The notes below the pieces were generated by a model. It was not told where the DNA came from, did no database searches, and saw only the letters and a program-made list of their open reading frames with translations. A program made the translations under genes and the position numbers. Positions 29,401 through 44,400 of a stretch of DNA of 64,000 bases are shown here, in pieces (within the stretch, counting starts at the first letter, position 1; every line of letters begins with the position of its first letter). Source of the DNA: Obrimoposthia wandeli (Eukaryota). Where the stretch lies: contig CDROCS010001869.1 of assembly GCA_977020255.1 (NCBI GenBank), positions 186,001-250,000 of the forward strand. The letters are read 5' to 3'.

Positions 29401-32400
29401 TAATAGAAAATTCACATCAAAAAAATGTATGGTTGTCATAACAATTTTTGTCACAAATTTTCTTCATGCTAAAAATAGCTTATTTTTCAATTTAAAAATT
29501 ATTAAGCCATAAATTAAAAATTATATTTGTAAAATATTTGTAAATAAAACATTATTGAAACAATAAAGTTAAAAAATTATATTATAATAAAGAATACTTT
29601 GACATTTTATTGGTACTAACATTATCAATTGTATCATAAACGGCGACTGTTTCAATATAACCAAAACTTTGAAAGAAAGAATTGATACTTGAAAAATTGA
29701 ATAAAATGTAACTGAAATTACAACAAAATAAAACGGTAACGAAATTCAACGTTCTGTTAAAGATGATCACTACGCAATTGTCGTCGACTCTTTTCTTTTG
29801 TTCACAGAATAGCTCACATTGAGTGTGAAGTTTGCTTCAAAACAATTAGCAGCTGCATTTCCTTGAAGAATTTTAGACACTGGCGCGTTGACATTCTCAT
29901 ATGTGCGCGATATTTGCGCACTATAGTAGATCGATAACCGCGATAAAAAGCTGTTCATTTATGCCGTTTGTGTATTGCCTCGTGGCAGCTGAAGCACACC
30001 TGAAATGGGCACTTTGCAATGCATATATTTTGTATAAATTCAGACACAGCACACCCACATTTTGCTGACTGCATACGTGCCATGAGTCGATAGAAGTAGT
30101 TTTATGTCTAATTTCTTGTCTCCATCGGATCTGCAACGCATTTATACCTCGAACTGACGCACCAGACGGCGGCGTTTATTAAACTACTTTTCATGAGCCA
30201 CCTTAATTGTCCTTGCTTACTGACTCTGTTTATTCTAGAGTGTGAAAAACATTTCCTTTGGTTGGAGAATATATCAGTTGAGGCTAGCATGTTCAGATGC
30301 ACCGTGCAAATTAAAATACAGGCCATGATAGTTAATAAAAATTAAGGGAGATTTTGTGATCACATTTCAAAATTTGAACTTCAAGATTGACAGTTTGTTT
30401 CGCTTCATTCGTATTTGCATCTAATATATGCTGAATAATCAAAAATTAAACGACAAATTTTTTTAAAAGAGAGAATTTATATACTTATCTAGATTTAGCA
30501 GTAGTTCCAAAAGACTGCACCCTCATATGTCTCGTTCTTTTTTGTCGTGCACCTCGTTCAGAAAATAGTAATACAATCTATGTCATATCGTCAGGCTTCT
30601 TATGTCATCGTCCGCGGTAATGGAGTGGATCACATTAAAATAGAGAATTCTTGTAGGCAGCCAAGTGGTCACTCGATACACAACAACTTCAAAGTATAAT
30701 TTATATTAGATAATTTCCATAAAAATGCAATTGTACATTATAATATACTCGTACCTACGCTCCTCGTACAATATATATACCATAATATTCTACTTTCGTA
30801 TTGCATCATAATGATCTCCATAACAATTTCGAAGGTGAATCTCAGAAAATGTATTTGGGAAAACAAAATTTGACCTGAGCTGCATAATATTGCAGTTATC
30901 ACTGGCCATCAGCATGACTGGGCATCCCGACTTGGTGCTGCTTGACGAGCCTTCTTGTGGCGTGGATCCGAAGTCCCGACGTAATTTGTGGTAAGGAATT
31001 AGATTAAGGTGGCTAAGAACAAATAAGAGCTTAGTTGGAACCATCCAAAGAAAACATTTTGGCCATTCGGTATATTTAAAAACCAATCTTTTTTCAAAAA
31101 TGTTCTTTGTGTATGTGTATTACTTTTATTCAAAAGTACGAAAAACAATTCGGCATAAAATAAAAACTTCTTTACACGAATAGAAAGATAGGTTTTATTG
31201 AATAAATACCATTTGCCCTAAAATCTCATTAGTAACACGCGCGTTATCTATGACACTGAAAATATACACTTAATTTAATTTAGATATTTATTTAATCAAA
31301 ATTTATCTAACAAATCAGTAATGTGTTATTAATCACTTTATTTAAATCAATTATAATTTTTATTAGATTATTTTCAAAAGTTTCTGTAATTTCAATCAAC
31401 GCATCATTTGATGTAAATTCATTGGGCACTAAATTCTGGGTTTATTTAGTGAAAATATGACGTCTAGAAGACATTCATTCTTCTCCTTTCCATTTAGTTT
31501 CCATTATTTATTGAATGAAAGATACAATAAGGTTTTTTTGTTGCACCAAATGGCTTTACCAAGCCCCATTTCATTAACTTTTACTATAACAGCTTTAGGA
31601 AATTATTATTATTGGCATCAAAGATTATTGACAAATACTTCTTGATATTATGTTGAAAGAAATTGAAAGTATTTTACCACTTACTTAGTTCAAGTCTAAT
31701 ATGCACTTTTACTGTGTCTTTATATCATCTAGCAGCCGTAGCCGGATAAAATGTGAAGTTCAAACAAATTCCAAAATTATAGTAAATTTAAAATATAAAA
31801 TTGTTCAGATGCGTGTTCTTTTTATTTCCCATTTATGCTGCTTGGAAACAAAAGCAACTATGTAAAAGTTGAAAGGCTAATACTTACGTAGTCATACAGT
31901 TACAGTCATTTATTTGGATTTAATTATATCTATCTAAAGTAAGTTATTTTGAATTTAAACTTGTAAGAAATCGTTTTCAATACTAACAACATAGAAAGCT
32001 GACAGAGACTATCTTTATTAAGTTCAGTAAATTGGAAACAGACAAACAGATTATTTGATTATATAAGTTTATAATATTAAACATAATCAATAGACAGTTT
32101 AAAACAAAAAGATAATTAATTTATGAGCAGAAATGACCATATGAATATAATATTAATTTCATTTATATATGAATAAATAAATGTTAACCCTGTAAATATA
32201 AATGTTTTTTTATATTTCACCTTTTTCGGTGAATTATTAAAAGTCAGTAAATATTTTTAGTGATTGCAATTTTAAAATTGCTAATCAGTTCAGAAATAAT
32301 CCCCATGATTTTATAAATTTAAAAAACGATAAAATTTTAACTTATTTAATGCTAAATTGTTAGCATTGGTCGATTAGAAATTAAATTCCCGCTTTTATTT

Positions 32401-35400
32401 TAAGAACTTCTTATTGAAGAAATGCCAAGAAAAAGTTCATTAAAACGGAGATTATTCACTCTTTCACCCATCATAAATGCAAAAGTTTGCCTTAAATATG
32501 ATTTATATTCAAAGATATTCTGAGGAATCAAAAGTTTAAATTATATGTTGTACTTTATATATTCTATATGACTCCTAGAAAAATTGAATCTAGAAAAATC
32601 TTATAAATATAATTATAATAATCATTTCGATATGTAGTCTTCACTGATGTTAGGAAACAAAATAGATTACATTGCTTATTATCTTATCTTAAATATTATG
32701 TATTAGGCTAATATTCAAGATAAACTTAATTATAAAACATTTTGTCAATTGTTACAAAATATTAATACAGATTAATGGTTATACATCTATATTTTAATAG
32801 TTTTGTCTAAAATCCCACAAACCCAAATGAAGTTTTAACAGAGAACCATAATTTGTGTCGCATCTATTTTGAGTAATTGAAAAAAGTTATTATAAATTCG
32901 TTTGTTTTTTAGAATGTTACTTGGAAAATATATTATATCAAACATTGACGAATTTTATATATAGAACAATTTGTGTATAGCAACAATTCAGTTTTCATCC
33001 CACTTCGCTGCACAGCTTTCCCAGAATTCATGTCGTTTGTCAAAATTATTTTTATTCACTGGTGGATTAAATGGTTTATACTTTAGTATTTTTTCGAAGT
33101 ATGCGTTGATTGCTTAATTATGTTAAGTTCGATTCTGTGGATAATCAAAGTGCTGATAAATAAGGGTAACTCTCAATTGCTGTTTTAACTTACGTTACAT
33201 TGTCCTAGGTGATGATGCTTTTTAAACTATTTTCCCATTATTATAGTTATTAAATTTACTTACTATATTATTGGTCGGTTTTCTTCTTCGGTGCTCGTAT
33301 CAAAATAAGACCGTTTTAGTCATAATATTACCATACAATAAGAACTCGTTTATCTATGTTGTAGTGTGTCACGTGACTCAAAATCTGAGAAATTTCAAAA
33401 TATACAATATTGATATATTAAAACAAACAGAAATTATTTTAAGTGTCATTGAAATATAATTAGTCTTAAGAACCGTCCAACACATTGCAAATTACCTTGT
33501 ATATTTATTTTTATAAAAAATTTAAAAAAATATATCGAGAAATAAATGACAAAAACTTTGAAAGAATATATGAAATAATAATGATGTTTAAAAGTGGAAT
33601 GACTAAATCATCGATTACAAATGAAAATTGTTAATCTGAATGTACAGTGAAACCTCGATTATCGGATACCTTATTTTAGCGGTCACCTCGTATTAACAGA
33701 TACAAATGGCCAGGCTATGAAATTATCCACCATTTTACATAGGAGTAACCGGAAGCCACAATTATCGATTTAACGAAGAAGTTTAATTTATTTTCAGAAG
33801 CACAAGATTTAAAATATTCAACTTTATTAAAAATTTTGATTGCTGGTAATGAAAAATTGAAACAAAGTAAAATTATCCAGAATTTTAAACATTTCTAATT
33901 GTATTTTAATAAAGTATCAATCGTATCAATAAAATAGATTTTCTATCATTAAACCATTCTCATTGACGCTCTACTAATTTATGTAAGCAATTTTGAGCGT
34001 GCTTTTCATTTACATATACTATTTTTTGAAGACTTCAAATTGTGGGGTAGGGAAAGTAATTTAATACTATTTAGTGGTACACGAAGATTAGAAGTTTGGA
34101 ACCCCTGATCAATATTTTGGGATTTCTTGTCTTATTTTATTACCACCTGTGATTACGTAATATTCATTATAGCGTTTCCAAATACCCGCGCCCGGGAAAT
34201 CTGCATTTTCACCTTTATCTTCGAGACTTGAGTAAGGACCTAACCTATAACCACAAGACTAGGAAGCTGAGATCCAACCTGTCCGATTATTATCCGTACG
34301 GTATTTCGGAAAGGTCATTTATTTGTCCAGGATTGTTGGTCTAAGCCTAACCAGTAAATGTTGGAAAGGGAAGTTATATTGATTGGTCTAACCGGTTCTT
34401 AAAGCATCCCACAACACCATACACTAGGTTTTGAAAATAACCTGATACATATTACTCAACTCCATGCACAGCATAAAATTTCTTCAGACATAACTGAGTC
34501 CAGATAAGCAACTAAGACTACTAAATCCTTTCGCTAAAGAATTCACGTTGGGGTTACCAGACAAGGATTCCAAAGACAGCTTTAAGAAGACTATCCTTTA
34601 CGAATATATGATCATGTTTTGATAGAATTGAACCACTCATCAATCATAAAACAGAAAACTCTTCAAACATAATACAACATGGATTTGACTTAACATTTAA
34701 TGAGATCAATAAAAATTATTTAAAGCCTCAAATGCAACTTTTAGTTATCATTATTCATGTACATATATTATATCACTAATAAACTGTTTGAATTTCTTAA
34801 CTTTTGTTCTTTTTACTGCCTAATCCTATATAAATATATGATTCATTTTCAAGAAATTTCCTAAAATGTGGATGTTTCAATTAACCGGTGGCCAGATTAA
34901 GCAGATTTCATTGTAAATCCCATTATTTATCTTATACAGTTTTAATCTATTAATAAACATTTTTAGAAGTTCCTTTATGTAACATTCTACGAAATTTTTC
35001 GTCTGATACATTTGCACACGACCAATTTCGAAAGCTGACTAAATCATTAGAATCAAATTAAATTCGGAAATGTCATTTTGAAAGTAACCCAAATGAATAT
35101 GCAGATTCGTCTTTATCAACTCTCAAAAGAAATATTGCTTACATGAACTTGTAATACCAGTAATATTGACTGCCCCTCTTTCTCGCTCTATTATGTGCAG
35201 GGACACCATCAGCAATTCCATCCACAACAGTAACAAGGGTGCACTGATAACCACGCAGTTCATGGAGGAGTGTGAGGCCCTCTGCAACCGTCTGGGCATC
35301 ATCGTCAACGGCAGAATCATGTGAGTCATTTTCAGTTACTTTAATAATAATCCAAAAATACATTTAATAAAGCAGTGTCCCAGTCTAGGAGGAAAATGCA

Positions 35401-38400
35401 GAATGTGCCAATTCTTCTCTCAATGTACTGCTATTGATGTTGTACTCGTTGTGCTGTTCGACAATGGCTTGATACATTCCCTAGGCGCTGGCTTGAATGG
35501 CCAACCAGATCACCAGATATTACCCCATTTCTTCTTGTGGGGAGTTCTTGAAAATGCTATTTTTGTTTCTAAGTCACGATCTATTGATGGACTGAACCAA
35601 AGTATTTTGCGTGAAGACGATCAAATTTCAGAAGATACTTATAGGAAATTATGTCAGAGAATTGTTAGTAGATTTAGAAATTGGGTTGAGGTTAACGACA
35701 ATCATTTTGAACATTTGTCAAAATATGTATTAATTAAGATTTTCAATCGAACTACATTACATGTGTCTCTTTATGTTATAAACAAGATTTATCGTTGCAT
35801 TTATGACAAGAATACTTTGTTGATGCTCGGTAATTTGAAAAATAACAATTACCAGGTTTGATATGTACTTTTCTATTTTTCGAAATTTCTTGCTTCATCC
35901 CATATTGTGAAAAATATGATTTTAGTTGTCTCTAAACCCTTGTAGTGTTAAATCTTTCATCATATTTTCACGCAAGGGAATGAACAGCCAATTTTGATCA
36001 CCAAGCGAATATAAAATGTAGGATTTCAAAAGGCTGACATCGAAGGAATAATATTACAAGCGGATATGGGGTTTCTTTTTCATATGCACGGATAATTTTC
36101 TATCCTTTAATTCATTACATATAATACTCATTTATTTTAGTCGTAATCTTCTATTATTATAAGTCTTTTATATAGTCTTGCGTAGTTTATTTCTCAGTTT
36201 TGAAGTAATGATGACATAAAAAATAATTCTTTCTTACCAATTTTCCGTTTTCAAAGATTGTGTTCTTTTTAGCTCTTTTTTGTGCTTGTTTTCTCTTTTG
36301 TTAGCATTAATTGTGCTTTAGTAAGTTAACCTTTTTCTAACAAATCTATTTATATATTATGATATACAAAAAATACACCTAAATAAATGTTTGAATAATT
36401 TTATGATAAGGCTTTGTCAGTTTTAGAATTGTTTCTTGAGCTAATCTTTTTGCAATACTTTCGTGATTGTTTTTACAAGTTTTGGCTTTTGATACATATA
36501 TGATGTCCCGGGACTATAAACCCGTATAATTGTCTTTCGACCGTTTTTCAATGGCGTACAATAATTTCTTAAATTTGATAAAGAAAATCAAAAAAATATT
36601 TCCCTTGGAATGATTAAATACGACTTTTCAAGAAACAGCATTGATAGACAAGTTACTTTTAGAAAAAGATCCAATATCTGTCAGACTAATTTTATCAGCT
36701 CCTATTCACACTAAAACTCGATGTTTATAAAAATATTTGATTTTACCGCGTTTTCTGTTATTATTAATAACAGTAAATAATCAAAAATTGTTGTAGTTTA
36801 TTGTTATTGAGTCATATTGTCAAACTAATTCTATCAATATATTTGATTTTTTAGAAAATAATTTATACAAGAATAGTTATAAAATTACTTTGTAAAACAG
36901 ACTTTTAACTGATTATTTTATAATAAAAATGAAGTAAGAGTTTTATAAACTGTATTTTGGAAAATATAACTTGCAGTAATGGTTATCTTATATAACTACT
37001 TATTTGAATTTGATTGTTTTCCATAAATAAAAAGTATAAATTAAACTATATAGCAATCTAAATGCATTTATTTCAAATTTAATTTGTCAACAATTCTACC
37101 GCTGAAAATTGGCAACCTTCGACACGATAAGAAATAAAAATAATATCTCAGAATCAACTCACAAGGAAACATTTCGCACGGTCATAAAAATAACTCAGTG
37201 AAATTTTAGTATATTATAAACATAATATATTGCAATATTAAAAATGTATTTTTAGCTGCTATTTATTTATAATAAAAAGTTATATGTATTAAATTTTTAT
37301 AAAATAAATTTTATTATTTGGTTTAATTGAAATAATTTAAATCCAAAAATTTAAACGCACAAGTTGAAATAGTGTTATGAATTTTAAAATCCGATAGGAA
37401 TTTGGTAAAGTTTTATTTTAAACCAATAACAATTTAATATTTTATTAAATTAATTTTTATTGGTATTTATTTATATATATTTAAACATATTTAAACACAT
37501 TTATAAATTTATCACATAAATATTTCTTTCGATAACTTTTTATATACTGAAAACCAGCAGATAATGAAATTACTTTTATATGTAGAATTCATTTCATAAT
37601 TTTTATACAAATTGCAAACTCCTAATTTTTATGACATGTAAAGTACGGTTTCCTTTTCAGGTTGTTCAGTGAATCTTGATACTTGATTCTTATTCCATAG
37701 AATTCCATAGAATATACAATTTAAATTATGTTGAGATAAAATCTACCAAATATGTCATCTAAAACACAAGAGGCCAACTGCTCTCTTTGATTTCAGGTGT
37801 ATCGGGTCACCGCAGGAGCTCAAGTCCAAGTTCGGTCGCGGCATCTCAGTGGAGATAAAGTTGTCACCAAGCCAAAATCCAGATGTCGGGATCTCCAATA
37901 AGGCAGATATCACACAGTTCCTGTTGCAGCACTACCCCAAACTGCTTACCGTGGAGCACTTTGGCGAAAGGATCACCTATCGCATACCCAAGTCGCCCAC
38001 AGTTACTTTTGGGGAGGTCTTTGAGGTCATTCACGCAGGTGAGCTAAGTGCAATCAAACCTATCTATATATAATTGATGGACTATTAAGGATTATTACGT
38101 AAAATATTTGATGTTTATCAATTTCCGACAGTGTGCCATTAACTTATGAAATTGACTATTAAATTTAAAAAAAGTTGAAAATCCAAAATGTGTCAAACCA
38201 CATCGATTTTAATACATTCACGACTTTAAAAATATATTTCGTAGTTAAAGAATTCCATCTCGATCTATAATTTCGTAATAACCTACTGAGTTCTTTAAAA
38301 AAATCAACCCATAGGGTTAGACTCATTTGTGGTTTCAACAAAACTATGTATCACAGATATTATCAATTTCAATGTACAATTTGTACAAATACGTTTACAT

Positions 38401-41400
38401 TCCATGGCGCTAACAATTTAACTACATTTACACATAATAAATTTTTACTTAAAAAACATGATTTTCATTTTCTTATATACAAAAATAAAAGAGGTTTTAT
38501 GCTTATGTTTATAAATACGTATGTGGTTGTTTTAGGAAATATATTTGAAAAAAATATGAAACTTAAATTTGTATTCAAACAGAGAAATGAAATTTCCATG
38601 ATTTTTACTGTATACTTTATAAATAATTTCTTATAACAAATAAATCTAAAAATGAAATGAATTTTATTACGATAATTTATCGAAAACTTGAAATTCTTTT
38701 CGATTGGTATAATCTTTACAATCAATAACGTTCTTGTCAATAAAGTAAATCTATAAATAAATCTATTAAAATTAAATTAAATCAAAATTTCAACTTACCC
38801 AAAAATCACTTACAAGGGCTGCCAATAATTAATAAACAGCCTCATTTATATTGAACATAATGTAAAATAAGAGAAAAAACTTACGTGAATAAAATGTTTG
38901 TTGCTAAACTTCTGCAACGTAGTATATTTTAAAATATAAATTATTTAATGTTATTTTAGATTTAAATTTTTTTTTTAAGTTTATTTTTATTTAAAATATT
39001 TATTTTTAGATAAAACACTTTACATAATTTAAATCCATATAACTTTTAGATTTTAAAAGTGTAAATAGTTTTTAAAAATTATTTTTTAGTTTATTGTTTT
39101 ATGTAATTTAATATGAACACAAAAAATATTTTCTTAATTTATAAATTTGTTGAAAGATTTTATTGAAATTAATATTTACAGTCAATATAAATGTAACTTT
39201 TATAAAAAGTAACAAACAAAGTCGTTTAAATTCATCAAATTTATTGATAAACTTGATGATACAACCATAAAGGACATAAAGAAGCACAATTAATAGTTAA
39301 TAGATTTTGTATACGAGTTTTATTATAGAATACATGGTGTTTCTCTTGAGTTTCCACATGTCTGATGAGTGCCGATGGATAATAAATTGCTAGAGGGTCG
39401 AATATGTGTACACTATCACGTCTCACGAATAACGCAATCCAGTGTTCACCAGGTAAGTTACTCGTATGAGTATTTACAACATATCCCTCGGGTTTTAGAA
39501 TCGGTATTTTGTCTATAGGAAACACTCCTTTCAATTTCTGTTCCAGTAATTCAATTCTCACAGTTTTAACCTGTTTAGTACTAAATTAATAAGTTAAATA
39601 TTAATATACACTTAATTCATTCTAAAATTGCACGTTTGGCCTTAGTTACTTGAATTTCAGTATCGAAAACTCCGTAAATTAAAATGTTTGACGGATGTTC
39701 TAATTCCATGAAAAACTTTATGTCAAGTCTTAGATTACCTTGTCTCGGTAATTGATATTGATGTGGAATGAAATGTGAAAAATGGATAACGTTCCTTAAA
39801 ATTTGTCATAATTAAATAAACTCATCAGGTAATTTAAATTAACTGACTTTAACTCAAATTGTCAACTAATTTCTGACTAATTAAAATTAATATAAATTAT
39901 GTGGTAATTTATATTCTATATAGATTTTAAATTACCACCTCATTAAAACAAATTTGAATTTAATAATGTACAATTTTCCCGTCTATATGAACAAACCGAA
40001 TTTTGATTTTCCAAACCGACATTATGAGCCATCAATACTGATGGTTCAACTCTCACACGTCTAACTTTCATTTTAGCATCTAGAAATTTATATTTTACGA
40101 TGAGTAGCACCTCTTTTTAGAGACAAGTTTGAATTTGCAATAATTCATTTTATATCAACATTTATACATGTTCTTCAAGAAAATCTGATCAAATTAAACC
40201 GATAAACTCAAATTCTTGAGATTTTGTAATCCATCCTTTCTGTACATCACCATCGGCGTCTTAACCAATTGTATATAATAAAAAACTTTTTTATCTTTGT
40301 TATAATTAAGCATACATTCAATCAAAGCCTTGTGAGCATAATAACCATTTCCTCTTTCAATACGAGTATTATTCAAGGGAATTTGCACATCTTTAAAAAG
40401 TGTATGGAAAAAAAATTTAAAGATTCGAATTTATCTTCTTCGTCCAAGTCAATATAATTGTTAGTTCCATTATGTTTTAAAACTTTAATTTTCAAAAATA
40501 ATAGAAAATCATTCAAATCTAAATATTCCGTTTCACTTGATTATATAGTAAACTCGATAGTATTGATATTACTACTTTAATATTATTCACATGGTAAATT
40601 TTCTCAAAATATCCATTTTCTATAGCAATTTGAGGTAGTGGACAACACAGTTCAGATTTTGCACGTGTCATTTCTTACTCAAATATAATTTTTATTTTCT
40701 GCGTTTGTTTGTACTACCACTTCCTTTTTGTTCCTCTTTAATTTGACCTGTAGTTATGGTGGTCGTTTTCGACTTTCCTTTATTGCAGTTATTAGTTAAG
40801 TAGCAGCTTTTGTTGCTTCAGGTAACAAATCTAGACCCTCACTAATCGCATTTGATTTCAATTGACTCAAAATTAGTTTATCATTCACCAATACATTTGT
40901 AAGTGTTTTTGCATCAATTCGTCCTAAACATGATAGTATAGGAAAAGCGATTCGCTCCAACTAATTTGATGAATGCTTGGTCGTGTATGATGGTTGGTTT
41001 GGTGGATGGTTTTGAGTTAATGTTGAAGTTGTATTGCTGTGTGTTGTGTTTAAAAATTATTTGTGCTGGTGACAGGTTGTCTTCTTTGTGTAGAGTGTTT
41101 CTGATTCCTGGTAGTGTTTTATGTAGGGTGTCTACACAATTGTTATTGCTGTTTGAGAAAGCGAGGCTTTCTATTTTTCTCCTGTATAGGCGCTCAGTTT
41201 TGCCGTTGGATTGAGCATTTTGTGCGGTTGTTGTGCTTTCTTTAATGCTATATTGTTGGCACATGGTATTTTAAAATTTTGAACTCGAATTGGCGTCCTC
41301 TATCTGATATTATCTTTGCCGGATATCTGTAGTCTGTGAACGATTCTCTTTGTAATGTATGAGTGATTGTGTTAATGTCAAATGCGTGTATGGGTACGGC

Positions 41401-44400
41401 ATCTAGCCAGTTGGTATGATTGTAAATTATGGTCATTAGGTATTTGTCCTTCTGGTTGGTTGGTAGTGGACCTACATTGTTGATATGTATTGTTTGGAAT
41501 GGATGTTTTGCTTTAATGTGGAGTTGTTTGATTTGTGTGTGTTTTTGTGTTTTGTTTAGATTACATTGTTTGCATTGTTTGATGAATGTTTGGATATGTT
41601 TTCGCATGCACGGTCAAACGTAATTTTGTTTGATTATATCGAATGTACCATTGTTACCAGAGTGGTGATTGTTGTGATGATGTTCTATACATTTTCTTAG
41701 TGTATTGGTAGAATTAATATTTTGATTTCGGGATTGGTTGTGTAGTACCATATTTAATTTTGTTTTGTTAATTTGAAATTATTGTGTCTGAACAGTTTCC
41801 TGTTGTTTGTGTTTGGTTTCTTCCTCATTGAATGGAGGATCGAATGTTATGGTGTTGGTATGTTTAATTCGTGATTGAGTGTCTGCGAATATGTATGCGT
41901 TGCCCGAGGTGTGTTTGATTGTGCAGTTAAATTGTGAGATGTAATTTATTTGTCTGATTTGGCGGGGTGAGGGTGTTTTCATGGTGATGATGTGTAGACG
42001 CGGTTTGTGATCTGTGTATAATGTGAATGTGTTGCCTTCTAAGTATGTCTCGAAATGTTTGATGGCGTCATATATAGCTAATTGTTCCTGTCAAAAGTAG
42101 AATATTTTATTTAGTGTTTTTTATTTTTTTTTAGAAGAATGCGTTGATGTGGGAGAGGATTTTGTTAATTGGTTTAGTACTGCTCTTATGGCATGATTCG
42201 ATGTATCTGTGGTGAGAGATAGTGGAGCGTTTGGAATTAGAAAGTGTAATGTGTTGAGTCTGTAATTGCTTGTTTTGCTGTTTTGAAGGGAGTTATATCG
42301 GTGTTTGTAAATGTGATTTTTGGTTGCTTGGGTTCGTTTTTTTTATCAATTCGGATAGAGGTGCTAGTATTTCTGCACACTTTAAAGTTCCCCATACCTA
42401 AAACGCTTCTGATTTCTTTGACTGTGATTGGTGTTGGCATATTGTTTATGGTTGTTGGTTTGGTTTGTAAAGATCTTATTTGATTGTGCGATATGTAGCT
42501 AGGAATTCTATGTGTGTTTGATAGTATAGGCATTTTTTGTTGTTGATTTAGAGATTGTGGTTGTCGAGTATGTTTTTGACGTGTTTTATATCTTTGGTGG
42601 GTTCTGCGTGATTGTTGCTTCCTATTAATATGTCGCCAATATATGTTACTATGTTATTTATTTTGTTGAATAGTTGATCCATAAAACGGTGGAAGGTTGC
42701 CACTGAGCTTTTAGACCAAAATAAATTTTAATATATTCGAAAAGGCCAAAAGTCGTGATTATTGCGTTTTTGTTGATATCTTCTATGTGCATATGAATGT
42801 TGTGATAGGCGGATAACAGATCAATTTTACTGAAGTAATCCTTTGGTGATATCTCTTATGAGTGGATGTGGGTAAGAGTCTGGTGTTGTTATTGCGTTTA
42901 ACATTATATAGTATCTGCAACATCTCCATGTTTTTTGTTGTTGAATTATGAGAGCTGATGACCATGGTGAGTTGGTTTTTTGTATAATGTCTTGTTTTTC
43001 TAACTCAGTGAATGTTTGTTTTGCGACTGCTAATTTTTTTATTGGGAGTTGTCTTACTTTGGTGTGACATGGTCTCCCATTTGTTATGATTTCGTGTGTA
43101 GTTGTGTTTTTGTCTATGTGTGCAATGTTGGTTTGATAGTTTGTTTGATTGTTCGGGAATATAAGGGTTTTATTTTTGCAACCTATTAGTATGTTGTAGT
43201 GTACTAGAAATCGAAACCTTGTATTGCTTGTTGGACTTTGACGACTGTGAAAATCCATTTGAATGGTTTTTTGTTTATTGTTATTACTATCTGATATACT
43301 GCATGATTTTTAAGTTTAATCATATTTTTAAAAAGTTTATAAGCATTTTATTAATACATACAACAATAATGAATTAAAAATGGACACAGAAAAAGCTATA
43401 TACATCATGTTTGAACGATAAAGCTGAATGGATTTTTCAAAATCAATTTTACATTTAAGATCTTTATGGACAAGTGCTTAAACAATTTTCCTAACATGAT
43501 CACGACTATCTTCATTAAAGCTAGTAAAGTATTGAACTCCATTTATTGTTCCACTTATAATTTGCTCAACCGTATCATCAACTAATTTATAGTGTTTATC
43601 CATTTTTATATATTATCAAATTTTAATTGTTTATACTATGAAATTGTACATTTTTTACTCTCCGTTCGATCACACGTCGACATACTGGACATGAACGCAA
43701 CATTCTGGAACATGATATACATGTATTAACATGTTCGCAAGGAAGAAATACTACTTCAATATTAGTATTTAAACATACTACACATTCAGATTAATTTAAA
43801 AAGTATGAAAGTATATTTATATATTGTTTTTCAAGTTTTATTTCTAAATAAGATAAATCATAATTCATTTCATAAGTTGTTTTATATTCTACATATCGCA
43901 TCATTTGATATTTTAAAACATAATTTATTCTATCTTTAGTGAAAAACTGTTTCAAATATTTGATTTATATCCATCAACATATCAGATTTCTCTATAGTTA
44001 AAGGATATTCAATAATACAATCTGTTTCGATTTTCAACATCATCACCATCATTAACTAAAACGTCATTAACAGTCATATAATGAATTATATAATTAACAA
44101 GCAATTTCAAAAATTAAATTTCATGTATTTGTTCATAAGAAACTTTCAAGAAAAACACATTAGACTCTATTGACAATGATAATAAAAATCTTTAATACCA
44201 TGAATAAACACCTTTACACTAGCAAATACATTAACACATATGTGATCAACCTTTACAATTCTGAATGCAGGACATAATTCAATTTCAAATATACAATTTC
44301 TTCTTTCCATGTTCACCGATATTTTATACAAATTAACCTTCTTGTTGATATTTACTAAGATACTTAGAGTATGAATATGTTCAATTTCTATATTTTTTAC

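Noticed and set aside
38346-38740. Overlapping 96-aa and 91-aa ORFs on opposite strands
   Set aside because: Very AT-rich, Phe/Ile/Lys/Asn-biased, no motifs; chance ORFs.
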